DNA of 64,000 nt, from NCBI GenBank assembly GCA_963707795.1, contig OY970174.1, positions 2,208,432 through 2,272,431 of the forward strand. Reading direction: 5' to 3'. The translations under genes and the position numbers were made by a program. Shown here piece after piece: positions 1-9,253 of this stretch; position 1 is the first letter of the stretch; every line of letters starts with the position of its first letter. Under the pieces are notes generated by a model, which worked only from the letters and a program-made list of their open reading frames with translations, was not told the DNA's origin and did no database searches. This stretch comes from an uncultured Acidobacteriota bacterium. GTDB lineage: Bacteria > Acidobacteriota > Vicinamibacteria > Vicinamibacterales > UBA2999.

Positions 1-525
1 ATAGAAAATTCGCGCCTCCGGGTCTTCCGGATGATGACCGGCCAGCTGCTCCATCGCCCGTTCGTACGCCACCGTGCGCGCACGCTGTCCGATCGTCGCG
101 GCGTCCTTGTAGAGCAGCGTGACGGCCGCGATGTAGTCGCGCTCCCGGGGCGTCGGCGGCCCGAGCGCCTGGGCCCGCTCGGCTGCCTGACGTCCCTGCT
201 CGAGCGCCGCCGCGGAACGGTAGCCGCCAAACGGGTTGCCCCACCGGCTCATGGCGATTCCCCACTGCGCCATGGCGCAGGTCGGGTCCTTCGCCAGCAC
301 ATCGTGGAACGCGTCGATGGCCGCCGAGAACCAGAACGAGTGGAGCAGGGCGACGGCGCGATCGAAGTCGTTGGCCACGGCTGGCTGGCAGGAGGTCGCG
401 AAATGCACCGAACCGGCCGTTTTCGAAGCACCCCCGGCATGTTGCTCGTGCTGCGGCATCGCGGCCGCGTCGGCATCTGCCACGGCCAGGGTCAGCAACA
501 CGACGAAGCGAATTGCAGCGTTCAT
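1..525 (-). CDS. secreted TPR-like protein, 5' part only (gene runs off the window start)
   Basis: Own translation of the minus strand from the ATG at 525-523: MNAAIRFVVLLTLAVADADAAAMPQHEQ...SCQPAVANDFDRAVALLHSFWFSAAIDAFHDVLAKDPTCAMAQWGIAMSRWGNPF... The N-terminus looks like a signal peptide. AGGAGG (complement of 530-535) lies just upstream. The frame stays open to position 1. Not in the ORF track because no stop lies in the window. Confidence 0.55.
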   Translation of the reverse strand, partial: MNAAIRFVVLLTLAVADADAAAMPQHEQHAGGASKTAGSVHFATSCQPAVANDFDRAVALLHSFWFSAAIDAFHDVLAKDPTCAMAQWGIAMSRWGNPFGGYRSAAALEQGRQAAERAQALGPPTPRERDYIAAVTLLYKDAATIGQRARTVAYERAMEQLAGHHPEDPEARIFY

Positions 526-587
526 CGGACCTCCTGACGGCACTATGCACAGCCTCGCGGTGCTCGATGTTCCGTCGTCTTCTGTCC

Positions 588-1697
588 CTAGGCTGGGACC
601 GCCTCCACCACGCTCACCACCGACTCGGTCGGCACGACACGGTTCAGGCGCAAACCCGCCTTGCCGAGTAGCGCCGCATATTCCGCCTCGGTGCGCTCCT
701 GGCCGCCCGGGATCACCAGCATCACCATGTCCTGCACCTTGCCCTGGTGCGGGGTATCGCCGGGCGGCAGCACGGTTTCCACGATCAGCAGCCGGCCATT
801 GGGCCCGAGCACCTTGCGGCAGTGGCCGAGGATGGTCAGGCACTGCTCCTCGTTCCAGTCGTGGATGATGTGCGACAGCACGTAGATGTCGCCGCCGGCA
901 GGCACCGTTTCGAAGAAATTGCCCGGCTCGATGGTCACGCGTGCGGCCACGCCGCGCGCCTCGAGCAGCGCCGGCGCATCGCGGACGACGTGCGGGCGGT
1001 CGAAGAGCACGCCACGCGGCGCGGCATGCCGCGACAGGATCGCCGCCAGCATGTTGCCGGTCGCGCCACCGACGTCCACGATCGTGGCCGCCCCGGAGAA
1101 ATCGTACGCCGCCGCGACGGCTGGCGGCTCGGCGCCGTGGAAGCCGACCATGGCCTCGCTGAAATGCGACGCGGCCTCTGGATGTTGGGCGAGATAGTCG
1201 AAAAACGGCATGCCGGCGGACTTCTCGAACGCCGTCTTGCCGGTCTGCAGCGAGTAGAGGATCTCCTCCCAGCTGTGCCAGAACGCCGGGCCGCCGAACG
1301 CCATGAGCGTCGCACGCGCCGAGCCGGGGGCGCCGGTCTTCAGCGCCTCGCCGAGCGGCGTCAGCGCGAAGCGCTGCCCGTCCCGCTCGGTGAGGATGCC
1401 CAGGCCCGCCAGCGTCCGCATCAGGCGATGCAGTGTCGGCGCATGCGTGCCAGTCGGACCGGCGAGCTCGGCGGCGCTCCGCGCGCCGCCGGCGAGATGA
1501 TCGGCGATGCCCAGCGCCGCGGCCGCGTAGACGGTGGCCGAGACCCACGCTGCGGCGCCCATCTGGATCAACTGCGCATGGGGCGGAACGGCCGGGGCAG
1601 ACGTCTCTTGCCTATCGCTCACGTGCGTCTCCTGGGAAACCTGGTGGCTGAATGCCATCGTGGCGCGGCGTTGCCCAAAGCCGAATGCCCACGGCAA
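588..1697 (-). CDS. class I SAM-dependent O-methyltransferase (family 2, COMT/CrtF-like)
   Basis: 369-aa ORF. SAM motif VDVGGATGNMLAAIL, plus LSHIIHDWNEEQC...GRLLIVETVLP typical of family-2 O-methyltransferases with an N-terminal dimerisation domain. The real start may be M14 (1658). Confidence 0.85.
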   Translation of the reverse strand: MPWAFGFGQRRATMAFSHQVSQETHVSDRQETSAPAVPPHAQLIQMGAAAWVSATVYAAAALGIADHLAGGARSAAELAGPTGTHAPTLHRLMRTLAGLGILTERDGQRFALTPLGEALKTGAPGSARATLMAFGGPAFWHSWEEILYSLQTGKTAFEKSAGMPFFDYLAQHPEAASHFSEAMVGFHGAEPPAVAAAYDFSGAATIVDVGGATGNMLAAILSRHAAPRGVLFDRPHVVRDAPALLEARGVAARVTIEPGNFFETVPAGGDIYVLSHIIHDWNEEQCLTILGHCRKVLGPNGRLLIVETVLPPGDTPHQGKVQDMVMLVIPGGQERTEAEYAALLGKAGLRLNRVVPTESVVSVVEAVPA

Positions 1698-1760
1698 TGC
1701 GCACGCTCCGGGGAGTATAGCGAGCGGCCAGCCGGCGCGTCAGAGAATCACGCAGTCCGC

Positions 1761-2138
1761 TCAGACGTGCACGATGTCGTTCTTCAGCGAATAGGCGATC
1801 GCCAGCACGTCGTTCTGCGTCTGGCCGTCGACGCCGTGGCGGCCAAGTACGGCGAGGATGTCGTCGAGTGCCGCCACATATTCCGCGGCGCTGATGTTCA
1901 TGCCCCGATGCGCGTCGCGCATCGCCCGGCCGGTGTAGTGCTGCGGACCGCCGCTGCCTGCCTCGAGAAAGGCGCACAGGTGCTTCTTCGCCACGGCCAG
2001 CTGGTCCGGCACGTCGAGGAGCGGCTGAAACCGGGCGCGGATCACCGGGTTATCCATGTGCTCGGACACGATGTCTTCGACCAGCGCCGCGATGCCGGGT
2101 GAGCCTCCGAGACGTTCGAACAACGACTTGCTCTCCAT
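1761..2138 (-). CDS. glbN: group I truncated hemoglobin
   Basis: Only the C-terminal 125 aa of the 279-aa track ORF look real: MESKSLFERLGGSPGIAALVEDIVSEHMDNPVIRARF...GGPQHYTGRAMRDAHRGMNISAAEYVAALDDIL. ATG at 2138-2136, preceded by GGAGGA. Confidence 0.85.
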   Translation of the reverse strand: MESKSLFERLGGSPGIAALVEDIVSEHMDNPVIRARFQPLLDVPDQLAVAKKHLCAFLEAGSGGPQHYTGRAMRDAHRGMNISAAEYVAALDDILAVLGRHGVDGQTQNDVLAIAYSLKNDIVHV

Positions 2139-2176
2139 GAAGTCCTCCGAGTGCCTGTCAGAAACGAGGGGAACCT

Positions 2177-2806
2177 CTATCGCCCGTCCTTTCCAGGCGA
2201 TGGCGCTGCGGGCGACGAGCCTGCAGACGATGATGTGGCCGCGGTCTGGAAGAAGAAGTCGAGCATGTCCCGGAGCGGGGCCGGGTCGCGGCGGAGCCGG
2301 GTGCGCAAGGCGGCGCCCTCCCAGCAGTTGACGAGCAGTTCCGCCATCGCCTGCGCGTCGGTCCCGGGCGGCAGGTCGCCGCCGCGAATCGCCTCCCTCA
2401 GACAGCCGGCGATTCGTCGGGCGATCTCCGAGAAGCACCACTCGACCTTGCGGCGAAAGACGTCGCTCACGCCGGACAGTTCCTGACCCAGCCCGCCGAG
2501 CAGGCAGCCGAGGTAGCCGTCGCCACGATACTTCTCTTCGCTGAGCTCGAAGAACCGGCGCACGCGCTGGAGTGGCGGGGTGTCTTCCGCGCCCAGGCAC
2601 TGGTCGAGGCCGGCGTGCACCTCGGTCATGTAGAGGTCGATGACCTGGAGCCCGAAGTCTTCCTTGCTCGCGAAGTGGTGGTAGAAGGACCCCTTGGGAA
2701 TCCTCGTGGCCTCGAGAATGGCGGTGATCCCAAGGTCGTGGTACCCGTGCCGCAGCAGGAGACCGACGCCGTGCTCGAGGAGTTGCCGCTTGGTGGCGGT
2801 GGCCAT
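2177..2806 (-). CDS. TetR/AcrR family transcriptional regulator
   Basis: N-terminal HTH KRQLLEHGVGLLLRHGYHDLGITAILEATRIPKGSFYHHFASKEDF. It is first in a co-directional string with the globin and the methyltransferase. Confidence 0.9.
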   Translation of the reverse strand: MATATKRQLLEHGVGLLLRHGYHDLGITAILEATRIPKGSFYHHFASKEDFGLQVIDLYMTEVHAGLDQCLGAEDTPPLQRVRRFFELSEEKYRGDGYLGCLLGGLGQELSGVSDVFRRKVEWCFSEIARRIAGCLREAIRGGDLPPGTDAQAMAELLVNCWEGAALRTRLRRDPAPLRDMLDFFFQTAATSSSAGSSPAAPSPGKDGR

Positions 2807-2815
2807 GATCCCTTG

Positions 2816-2833
2816 TTAGACCGACCGGTCTAA
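2816..2833. promoter_or_regulatory. putative TetR operator (perfect palindrome TTAGACCG-AC-CGGTCTAA)
   Basis: 8-bp perfect inverted arms with a 2-bp spacer, 10 nt upstream of the TetR ATG (2806). It lies in the divergent intergenic region shared with the M64 peptidase gene. Confidence 0.5.
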
Positions 2834-2929
2834 TCGGCCAGACTATGGGCCATTTCCAACCGGATTGTCAACGTCACGGGCCGGCCGCCGGTTTCTTGCT
2901 ATCATCCGCCGCGCCTCAGGATCGCTGAC

Positions 2930-4966
2930 ATGCCACATCGCATCGGCTCCATCCTCGTGCTGTTCCTGCTGACGACGACGCCCGCCCTGGCACAGCCCGC
3001 CGCGTCGTCTGCCAGCGTGCTCCTGGTCACCGTCCGGGTGCTGAGCCAGACCGAGCCGGCCGACCAGTTCGACATCCGCGACGCCAACGTGCGCAGCGGG
3101 ACACTGCCACGTCGCACCCCGCCCGACGTCGATCTTGCCGACGTGCTGGCCGGCAGCCCGGAGATCGTCGTTCTCGATCAGGAGGGGCTGGTGCTGCATC
3201 GTCAGCGCTTCACGTGGTCGCGCGTGCTGACCATCCCGCCGGCGGCGCCTGGCACCGTCAACGACGGCACGCCGAACTTCATCGTGATCCCCCAGCCCGA
3301 GGTGACGCTGGTCCTGCCCCACTATGCCGCGGCCGCCCGTGTCGAAGTGCGCCCCGCGGCGGGCGGGCAGGCGGCGGCGCGCGCGATCACCGCCGAGGTG
3401 TCATCGCCCCTCGCCGCGGTGCTCGGGACGCCCGCGCCGGTGCCGTCCGCGCCGGGCGCGCTGAACGTCCTGTTCATCGCCAGCGGGTTCACGGCCGATC
3501 GCATCGGACAGTTTCCTGGCATCGCCAGCACCGTCCAGTCGCAGCTCATGGCCGTCGAGCCGTTCCGGTCCGCCGGCGCGGCGGTGGTGTTCCGCTCCGT
3601 CCAGGCGATCACCAGCCTCGGCTGCAACCCCGCGTGCAATGGCATCGAGCGGCTGATGTGCTGCAACAACGCGCAGGTCATCAACACCGCCGCGGCCAGC
3701 GGCCTGCCCTTCGACGAGATTGTCGTCATCCACGACACTGCCACCTACGCGGGGAGCGGCTCGCGCGACATCGGCGGCTATCGCAACAACAGTTACAGCA
3801 CGTTTGCGACGGCGTACAACGGCCCGTGGACGGCGCCGATGGTCAAGCACGAGCTCGGGCACAGCTTCGGGAATCTGTGCGACGAGTACACCTACGGCAG
3901 CGAGCCGTACGTCTACAACGCGTGCGCGAACTGCCGGCCCGCGTGCAGCGACCTGTCGCCGTATGGCGCGTGTCTCGCGAGCTGCGATGCGGCGCCCAGC
4001 TTCTTTCGGCCCGAGCCCAGCATCATGCTGGATCTGCAGGTCCCTGCCTTCAACAACGCCAGCGTCCGCACGCCGGCGCCGCTCGACGGGCTTGCGACCC
4101 GGCTGACCTACTTCCTCGGCAGCGGCAGCGTGCCACCCGCGCCCACGGGCCTTCAGGCCTCGACGACCCCGACGTCGGTCACGGTGTCGTGGAGCGCCTC
4201 GCCCGGCGCGACGAGCTATCGGCTCGTCGTCGGCAGCTCGCCCGGCGCTGCCAACCTGTTCGACGGGACGGTGGGCAGCTCCACCACGGCATCGGGGCCG
4301 GTGCCGCCCGGTTTGTACTACTGGCGCGTGTACGCGGTGAATCTCGCCGGATCGAGCCCACCCTCGGCGGAGTCGCAGTTCACCATCGGGTCGTCGGTGA
4401 CGCCGCCCGGGGCGCCCGCGAGTCTGCAGGCCCAGGTCCACGGCTCGAACGTCACGCTGTCGTGGAGCGCGCCGGCGAGCGCGGTGCCGCCCTCTCCGGC
4501 CGCGGGCTACACGCTGCAGGTCGGCTCGGCGCCGGGCGCGTCGAATGTCTTCAGCAGCGCGATCGGCAACGTGGTGTCGGTCAGCGGCGCCGTGCCCGAC
4601 GGATCGTATTTCTGGCGGGTGATCGCCACCAATGCCGCCGGCAGCAGTCCGCCATCGGCGGAGAGCCAGTTCACCGTCGGCTGCGTGTCGGCACCGGGGC
4701 CGCCTGCGAGCTTCACCTACACCGTGCTGGCGCGCACCGTCACGCTGCACTGGGCCGCCCCCGCCAGCGGCGGCCCGCCGGCGCAGTACGTCCTCGAGGT
4801 GGGCAGCGCGAGCGGCTTGTCGAACCTGGCGACGATTCCCACCGCCAGCACCGCCGTGAGTCTGGCGACACCCGCGCCACCCGGTGCGTTCTACGTGCGC
4901 ATCCGGGCCCAGAACGCGTGCGGCACCGGAGCGGCATCGAACGAGCAGCTCATCGTCGTGCCGTAG
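2930..4966 (+). CDS. secreted M64-like zinc metallopeptidase with three C-terminal FN3-like repeats
   Basis: Signal peptide MPHRIGSILVLFLLTTTPALAQP. Zinc site VKHELGHSFGNLCDEY at about nt 3848-3890 (HExxH...DEY as in IgA-peptidase M64). Three ~85-90-aa repeats (nt ~4133-4963) share the pattern P..P.GL.A...V.LSW.A....Y.L.VGS.PG..N...G.YYWRV.A.N.AGSSPPSAESQFT.G. Confidence 0.8.
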   Translation: MPHRIGSILVLFLLTTTPALAQPAASSASVLLVTVRVLSQTEPADQFDIRDANVRSGTLPRRTPPDVDLADVLAGSPEIVVLDQEGLVLHRQRFTWSRVLTIPPAAPGTVNDGTPNFIVIPQPEVTLVLPHYAAAARVEVRPAAGGQAAARAITAEVSSPLAAVLGTPAPVPSAPGALNVLFIASGFTADRIGQFPGIASTVQSQLMAVEPFRSAGAAVVFRSVQAITSLGCNPACNGIERLMCCNNAQVINTAAASGLPFDEIVVIHDTATYAGSGSRDIGGYRNNSYSTFATAYNGPWTAPMVKHELGHSFGNLCDEYTYGSEPYVYNACANCRPACSDLSPYGACLASCDAAPSFFRPEPSIMLDLQVPAFNNASVRTPAPLDGLATRLTYFLGSGSVPPAPTGLQASTTPTSVTVSWSASPGATSYRLVVGSSPGAANLFDGTVGSSTTASGPVPPGLYYWRVYAVNLAGSSPPSAESQFTIGSSVTPPGAPASLQAQVHGSNVTLSWSAPASAVPPSPAAGYTLQVGSAPGASNVFSSAIGNVVSVSGAVPDGSYFWRVIATNAAGSSPPSAESQFTVGCVSAPGPPASFTYTVLARTVTLHWAAPASGGPPAQYVLEVGSASGLSNLATIPTASTAVSLATPAPPGAFYVRIRAQNACGTGAASNEQLIVVP

Positions 4967-5056
4967 GCGGTTGGGCGGCGCTTTGGTGGCAGTCAGGTTC
5001 ATCGCTTTCCATCCGGGCGTGAGACCCGCTTTCGTTCCGCTGAGGAGAAGTCACAC

Positions 5057-5350
5057 ATGCCGATCGCTGTTGTGTACAGGCCGCCGGCCATGACCGCCGA
5101 GCAGTACAAGGAGAGTTGGGGCGGGGGACCGCCGGTGTCCCCGCCGCCCGGCTTGATCTTTCACGCGGGTATCGGCGAAGGGGCCGATTTCACCACGGTC
5201 ACCGTCTGGGAATCGAGGGCGGCGTACGACGCGTTCGCGCCGATGTTCGCCCGCGTGATGAGTGACAAGGGGTTTACGTTCGGAACCCCGCAGATCCTGC
5301 CCGTTCACCACTTCCTGCCGCCCGCGGCGGTGTCGGACGGGGAGGCCTGA
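5057..5350 (+). CDS. small ABM-like (dimeric alpha/beta barrel) protein
   Basis: 97-aa ORF with GAGGAG upstream. MPIAVVYRPPAMTAEQYKESW...TVTVWESRAAYDAFAPMF resembles antibiotic-biosynthesis-monooxygenase-fold proteins. The assignment is weak. Confidence 0.5.
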   Translation: MPIAVVYRPPAMTAEQYKESWGGGPPVSPPPGLIFHAGIGEGADFTTVTVWESRAAYDAFAPMFARVMSDKGFTFGTPQILPVHHFLPPAAVSDGEA

Positions 5351-5431
5351 GAGCGCGGCCATCCTCGCCATACGCCGGCGGTCCTCCGACGCCGATACGA
5401 TGTGCGCTAAACGGCTCCCGGAGGCCGGCGT

Positions 5432-7027
5432 ATGAAGAAGGTTGCAATCGGGATCCTCGTCGTGGCGGTCGTTGCCGGCGCGTCGGTGGCGCTGCTGGCC
5501 CGCCGCGTCCTGACAGGCGACCACGTGCGCGCAGCCGTCGCCGCGCAGGCCGCCGCGGCGCTGGGCCAACCGGTGACCATCGGCGGCCTCGGCGCATCGA
5601 TCTACCCGCGCGTGACGATGGACTTGACCGATGTCGCCATCGGAGAGCCCGCCCGCGTGCAGCTGCGATCGCTGCACGTCGGGACCAGTCTTGCCGCGCT
5701 GTTCTCGCGACGGATCGAGCGCGCGGCGCTCCGCATCGACGGCGCGCGGATCCTTCTGCCGCTGCCCGATCTCGGCGGCGGGGCGAACCAGGGCACGTCC
5801 GCGGGCGAGGCCGGCGCGCGGCCGCCTGTCGACATCGTCTCCATCGACGAGATCGTGCTCCGCGACGTCGAGGTCGTGCGCGGCGATCGGATTCTTCGCG
5901 GCGACGTCGAGCTGGTGCCACAGGGCGACGGCCTGCTGCTCCGCCGCGTCGCCCTCAGCGCCGACGGCACGGCGATCGAGATGACCGGCCGCCTCACCTC
6001 GCTCAGCCCAATCGAGGGGCACGTGGACGCCGTGGCGAACGACGTGAATTTCGACCGCATGCTCGGCTTCCTGCGCGACTTCGCCGCGACGCCCGCGTCC
6101 GGCGGCGGCACCGCGGGCGCATCGAGCTCGCAAGACTCGCTGCCGGGTCTGGCCGGCACGCTGACGGTCGCCCTGAGGCTGGGCCGCGCCACGAGTGGTG
6201 GCCTGGCGTTGTCCGATCTGCGCGCCACGGCCCTGGTCACGCCGACAACGGTGACGTTGGAGCCGCTCACGCTCGGCGTGTTCGGCGGGCACTACGACGG
6301 GACCATGCATCTGACCTGGAGCGAGTCGCCGCGCTTCGGCTGGCGCGCGAAAGTCGCCGGGATCGATGCCGCGCAGCTGATGGCGTTTGCCGCATCGCCC
6401 AACACCATCAGCGGCACGCTCGGCGGCGTCATCGCGCTCGAGGGCACCGGACTCGACATGGAGACCGCGCTGCGGACCGCACAAGGCACCGCACGCGTGG
6501 ACATCGTGGATGGAGCGATCGGCGGACTGTCGCTGGTGCGGACGGTCGTGCTCGCGACGTCCGGCCGGGGAGGCTATGCAGCAAGCGCGGCCTCGGCGCT
6601 CGCGCCCGGCACCGGCCCGGCGGGCGCCGAGCGATTTTCACGTCTCGGCGCCACGCTGTCGCTGGCGTCGGGGGTCATCACCACCAACGACTTCGCCCTG
6701 GCCTCCACCGATGTGGACCTGACCGGCGCCGGCACGCTCGCCCTCGAGGGCATGACCACCAGGCTGGAAGGAGTGGTGCGGCTGTCTGAGGCGCTGTCGA
6801 AGCAGGGCGGTACCGATCTCTACCGCTACGCCCAGGAAAGCGGGCGCGTCACGCTGCCCGCCACCGTGACCGGCCCGATCGGCAACCTCGCGGTGCGCCT
6901 CGATCTCGGTGCCGCGGCCACGCGAGCCATTCGCAACCGCGCCGCCGAGGAGACGCGCAAGGCAATCGAGCGCAACGTGCCATCCAGACTGCGCGGCCTC
7001 ATCCCGAAGCGCCCCCCGGGCCGGTGA
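5432..7027 (+). CDS. AsmA family protein
   Basis: N-terminal membrane anchor MKKVAIGILVVAVVAGASVALLA, followed by a long Gly/Ala/Thr-rich beta-type region and an AsmA-like C-terminal end (LPATVTGPIGNLAVRLD). Confidence 0.7.
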   Translation: MKKVAIGILVVAVVAGASVALLARRVLTGDHVRAAVAAQAAAALGQPVTIGGLGASIYPRVTMDLTDVAIGEPARVQLRSLHVGTSLAALFSRRIERAALRIDGARILLPLPDLGGGANQGTSAGEAGARPPVDIVSIDEIVLRDVEVVRGDRILRGDVELVPQGDGLLLRRVALSADGTAIEMTGRLTSLSPIEGHVDAVANDVNFDRMLGFLRDFAATPASGGGTAGASSSQDSLPGLAGTLTVALRLGRATSGGLALSDLRATALVTPTTVTLEPLTLGVFGGHYDGTMHLTWSESPRFGWRAKVAGIDAAQLMAFAASPNTISGTLGGVIALEGTGLDMETALRTAQGTARVDIVDGAIGGLSLVRTVVLATSGRGGYAASAASALAPGTGPAGAERFSRLGATLSLASGVITTNDFALASTDVDLTGAGTLALEGMTTRLEGVVRLSEALSKQGGTDLYRYAQESGRVTLPATVTGPIGNLAVRLDLGAAATRAIRNRAAEETRKAIERNVPSRLRGLIPKRPPGR

Positions 7028-7033
7028 GCGTCG

Positions 7034-7396
7034 ATGACGCGGCTACGATGGCTGGCCCTCGTCCTGGTCGGGCTGCTCGCGATCAGCAGCCTGTCGATCA
7101 GTCCCGGCCGGACGTTCACGCTGGCAGATCGCAGCGGCGCCGCGCCCGGGCCAGCCTACGTCGCGTATACGTATGCCGGATACCGCCCGAACCCGGTTCA
7201 CCCAGTGACCTATCACGCGCGGCCTCTCGCCCTGGCGCGCTCGGACGACGCCGGCCGCATCGCCATCGACACGACCTACCATGTCCATCGTCCGTTCCCG
7301 CTCGAGACACCTCCGTCGCTCCAGGTCGAGCTCGTCTATGTGCCCCGCCTGCACAAGGGCGCGCACGCCCGTCACTCGGCGCCGACGCCGAGGTAG
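7034..7396 (+). CDS. hypothetical exported protein
   Basis: Signal-like MTRLRWLALVLVGLLAISSLS. It starts 7 nt after the asmA-like stop. No recognisable domain. Confidence 0.45.
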   Translation: MTRLRWLALVLVGLLAISSLSISPGRTFTLADRSGAAPGPAYVAYTYAGYRPNPVHPVTYHARPLALARSDDAGRIAIDTTYHVHRPFPLETPPSLQVELVYVPRLHKGAHARHSAPTPR

Positions 7397-8910
7397 ACCC
7401 GCAGCTTCTCGTCATCGAAGAGCGCCTCGGCCCTGGGCTCCCGCGTCATCAACGAGCCGACGATGCCGGCGATGAACGCCAGCGTCATGGAGATGATCGC
7501 AGGGTTGCGCAGCGGGAAGATCGCGTCCGGGTTCTTCAGCACGTCCACCCACACCGTCGGACTCAGCACGATCAGCGCCACGGACATGAGCGCGCCGGTG
7601 ATGATGGCGCACACCGCACCAGTGGTGTTGAAGCGGCGCCACACGATCGACAACAGCAGCGGCGGAAAATTGGCGCTGGCCGCCACGGCAAAGGTCAGGC
7701 CGACCATGAACGCGACGTTCTGGCCCTTGAACGAGATTCCCAGCAGCACGGCGGCCGCCCCGAACACGACCGTCGCCACCTTGGCGACGCGGACCTGCTC
7801 GGCTTCCGTCGCCCGCCCCTTGCGGACGACGTGCAGGAAGATGTCGTGCGACAGCGCGCTGGCGCCGGCGAGTGTCAGCCCCGCCACCACGGCAAGAATG
7901 GTGGCGAACGCCACCGCCGCGATGAACCCGAGAAAGGGCGTCCCGCCGAGGAGCTCGGCAACGAGCGGCGCCGCCATGTTGCCGCCGGCATCGATGCGCC
8001 GGATGGCGTCGCGGCCGAGCAGCGCGGACGCGCCAAACCCGACGATCGGAATGATCAAGTAGAAGTAGCCGATGACCCCCGTCGCGTAGAGCACCGAGGT
8101 GCGGGCGGCCTTCGCGTCGGGGACCGTGTAGAAGCGCATCAGGATATGCGGCAGGCCGAGGACGCCGAACATCAGCGCCAGGCCGAGCGACACCGCGTCG
8201 ACCGGATCGGTGATGAGGCCGCCGGGCTCGAGGGCCTCCTGGCCGTAGCGTTCGACCACGGCGCCGTAGAGCTGCGGCAGCGAGAACTGGAACTGCGCCA
8301 GGACCAGCACGGTGAGGATGGTGACCCCGCCGACGAGCAGGACGGCCTTGATGATCTGCACCCAGGTCGTGGCAATCATGCCGCCGAAGAGCACGTAGAG
8401 CAGCATCACGACGCCGACGATGGTGACGGCGGACTCGTACGGGATGCCGAACATCAGCGTCACCAGGTTGCCGGCGCCCACCATCTGCGCGATCGTGTAG
8501 AAGAGCAGCGTGAGGATGCCGCCGACCGCGGCGGCAATGCGCACCGGCGTCTGCTGCAGGCGAAAGGCGACCACATCGGCAAAGGTGAACTTGCCGAGAT
8601 TGCGCAGCGGTTCGGCGATGAAGAACATCAGCGCCGGCCACCCCACCAGCCAGCCGGTCGCGTAAATCATCCCGTCGTAGCCGCTGAGCGCCACGAGCCC
8701 GGCGATCCCCAGGAACGACGCGGCGCTCATGTAATCGCCGGCGAGGGCCAGCCCATTCTGCAGCGGGCTGATGCTGCGGCCGGCGGCATAGAAATCGGCC
8801 GTCGACCGCGTCCGCCGCGCCGCCCAGTAGGTCACGGCCAGCGTCAGCCCGACGATCAGCAGGAAAAAGGCGATTGCCGAGGCAGTCGGCGTTCCGAGTG
8901 TCGTGTCCAT
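7372..8910 (-). CDS. actP: cation/acetate symporter (sodium:solute symporter family)
   Basis: 512 aa. ...RTRSTADFYAAGRSISPLQNGLALAGDYMSAASFLGIAGLVALSGYDGMIYATGWLVGWP... is the typical ActP N-terminal region. It is preceded by a DUF485 gene, as in yjcH-actP. Confidence 0.9.
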   Translation of the reverse strand: MDTTLGTPTASAIAFFLLIVGLTLAVTYWAARRTRSTADFYAAGRSISPLQNGLALAGDYMSAASFLGIAGLVALSGYDGMIYATGWLVGWPALMFFIAEPLRNLGKFTFADVVAFRLQQTPVRIAAAVGGILTLLFYTIAQMVGAGNLVTLMFGIPYESAVTIVGVVMLLYVLFGGMIATTWVQIIKAVLLVGGVTILTVLVLAQFQFSLPQLYGAVVERYGQEALEPGGLITDPVDAVSLGLALMFGVLGLPHILMRFYTVPDAKAARTSVLYATGVIGYFYLIIPIVGFGASALLGRDAIRRIDAGGNMAAPLVAELLGGTPFLGFIAAVAFATILAVVAGLTLAGASALSHDIFLHVVRKGRATEAEQVRVAKVATVVFGAAAVLLGISFKGQNVAFMVGLTFAVAASANFPPLLLSIVWRRFNTTGAVCAIITGALMSVALIVLSPTVWVDVLKNPDAIFPLRNPAIISMTLAFIAGIVGSLMTREPRAEALFDDEKLRVYLGVGAE

Positions 8911-8929
8911 CGTCTGCTGCCGGCGTCGG

Positions 8930-9253
8930 TCAGGGGCGAAGCCGCTCGCGCAGCCGTTGCACTTCAGGATCGTAGTGGCGGTTCGCCCACAGCACGTAGA
9001 CCGCCGTCAGCGCCCACGCGAGCACGATCACCGCGGCGCCGAGCACGATCCCGAGCGTCGTCGTCGCCCCGACCCGGGTGGCGAGGAGCTCGCGCTGGGT
9101 CGCGACCAGCAGGATGAATCCGTAGTACACGATGAACAGCGTGATGGTCAGGGCGACGGAGACCCGCCAGCGCCGGACGACGAGCTGCCTGAAGTCTCTC
9201 GAGTCGAGCAGTTCTTTCGCCGTCAGGTTCACGAGTGGTGGCTCCGGAGTCAT
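8930..9253 (-). CDS. yjcH: DUF485 inner-membrane protein (YjcH-like)
   Basis: 107 aa with two TM segments. [31 protein letters not shown]. Its ATG overlaps the mmsA stop (ATGA-type overlap at 9250-9253). Confidence 0.85.
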   Translation of the reverse strand: MTPEPPLVNLTAKELLDSRDFRQLVVRRWRVSVALTITLFIVYYGFILLVATQRELLATRVGATTTLGIVLGAAVIVLAWALTAVYVLWANRHYDPEVQRLRERLRP

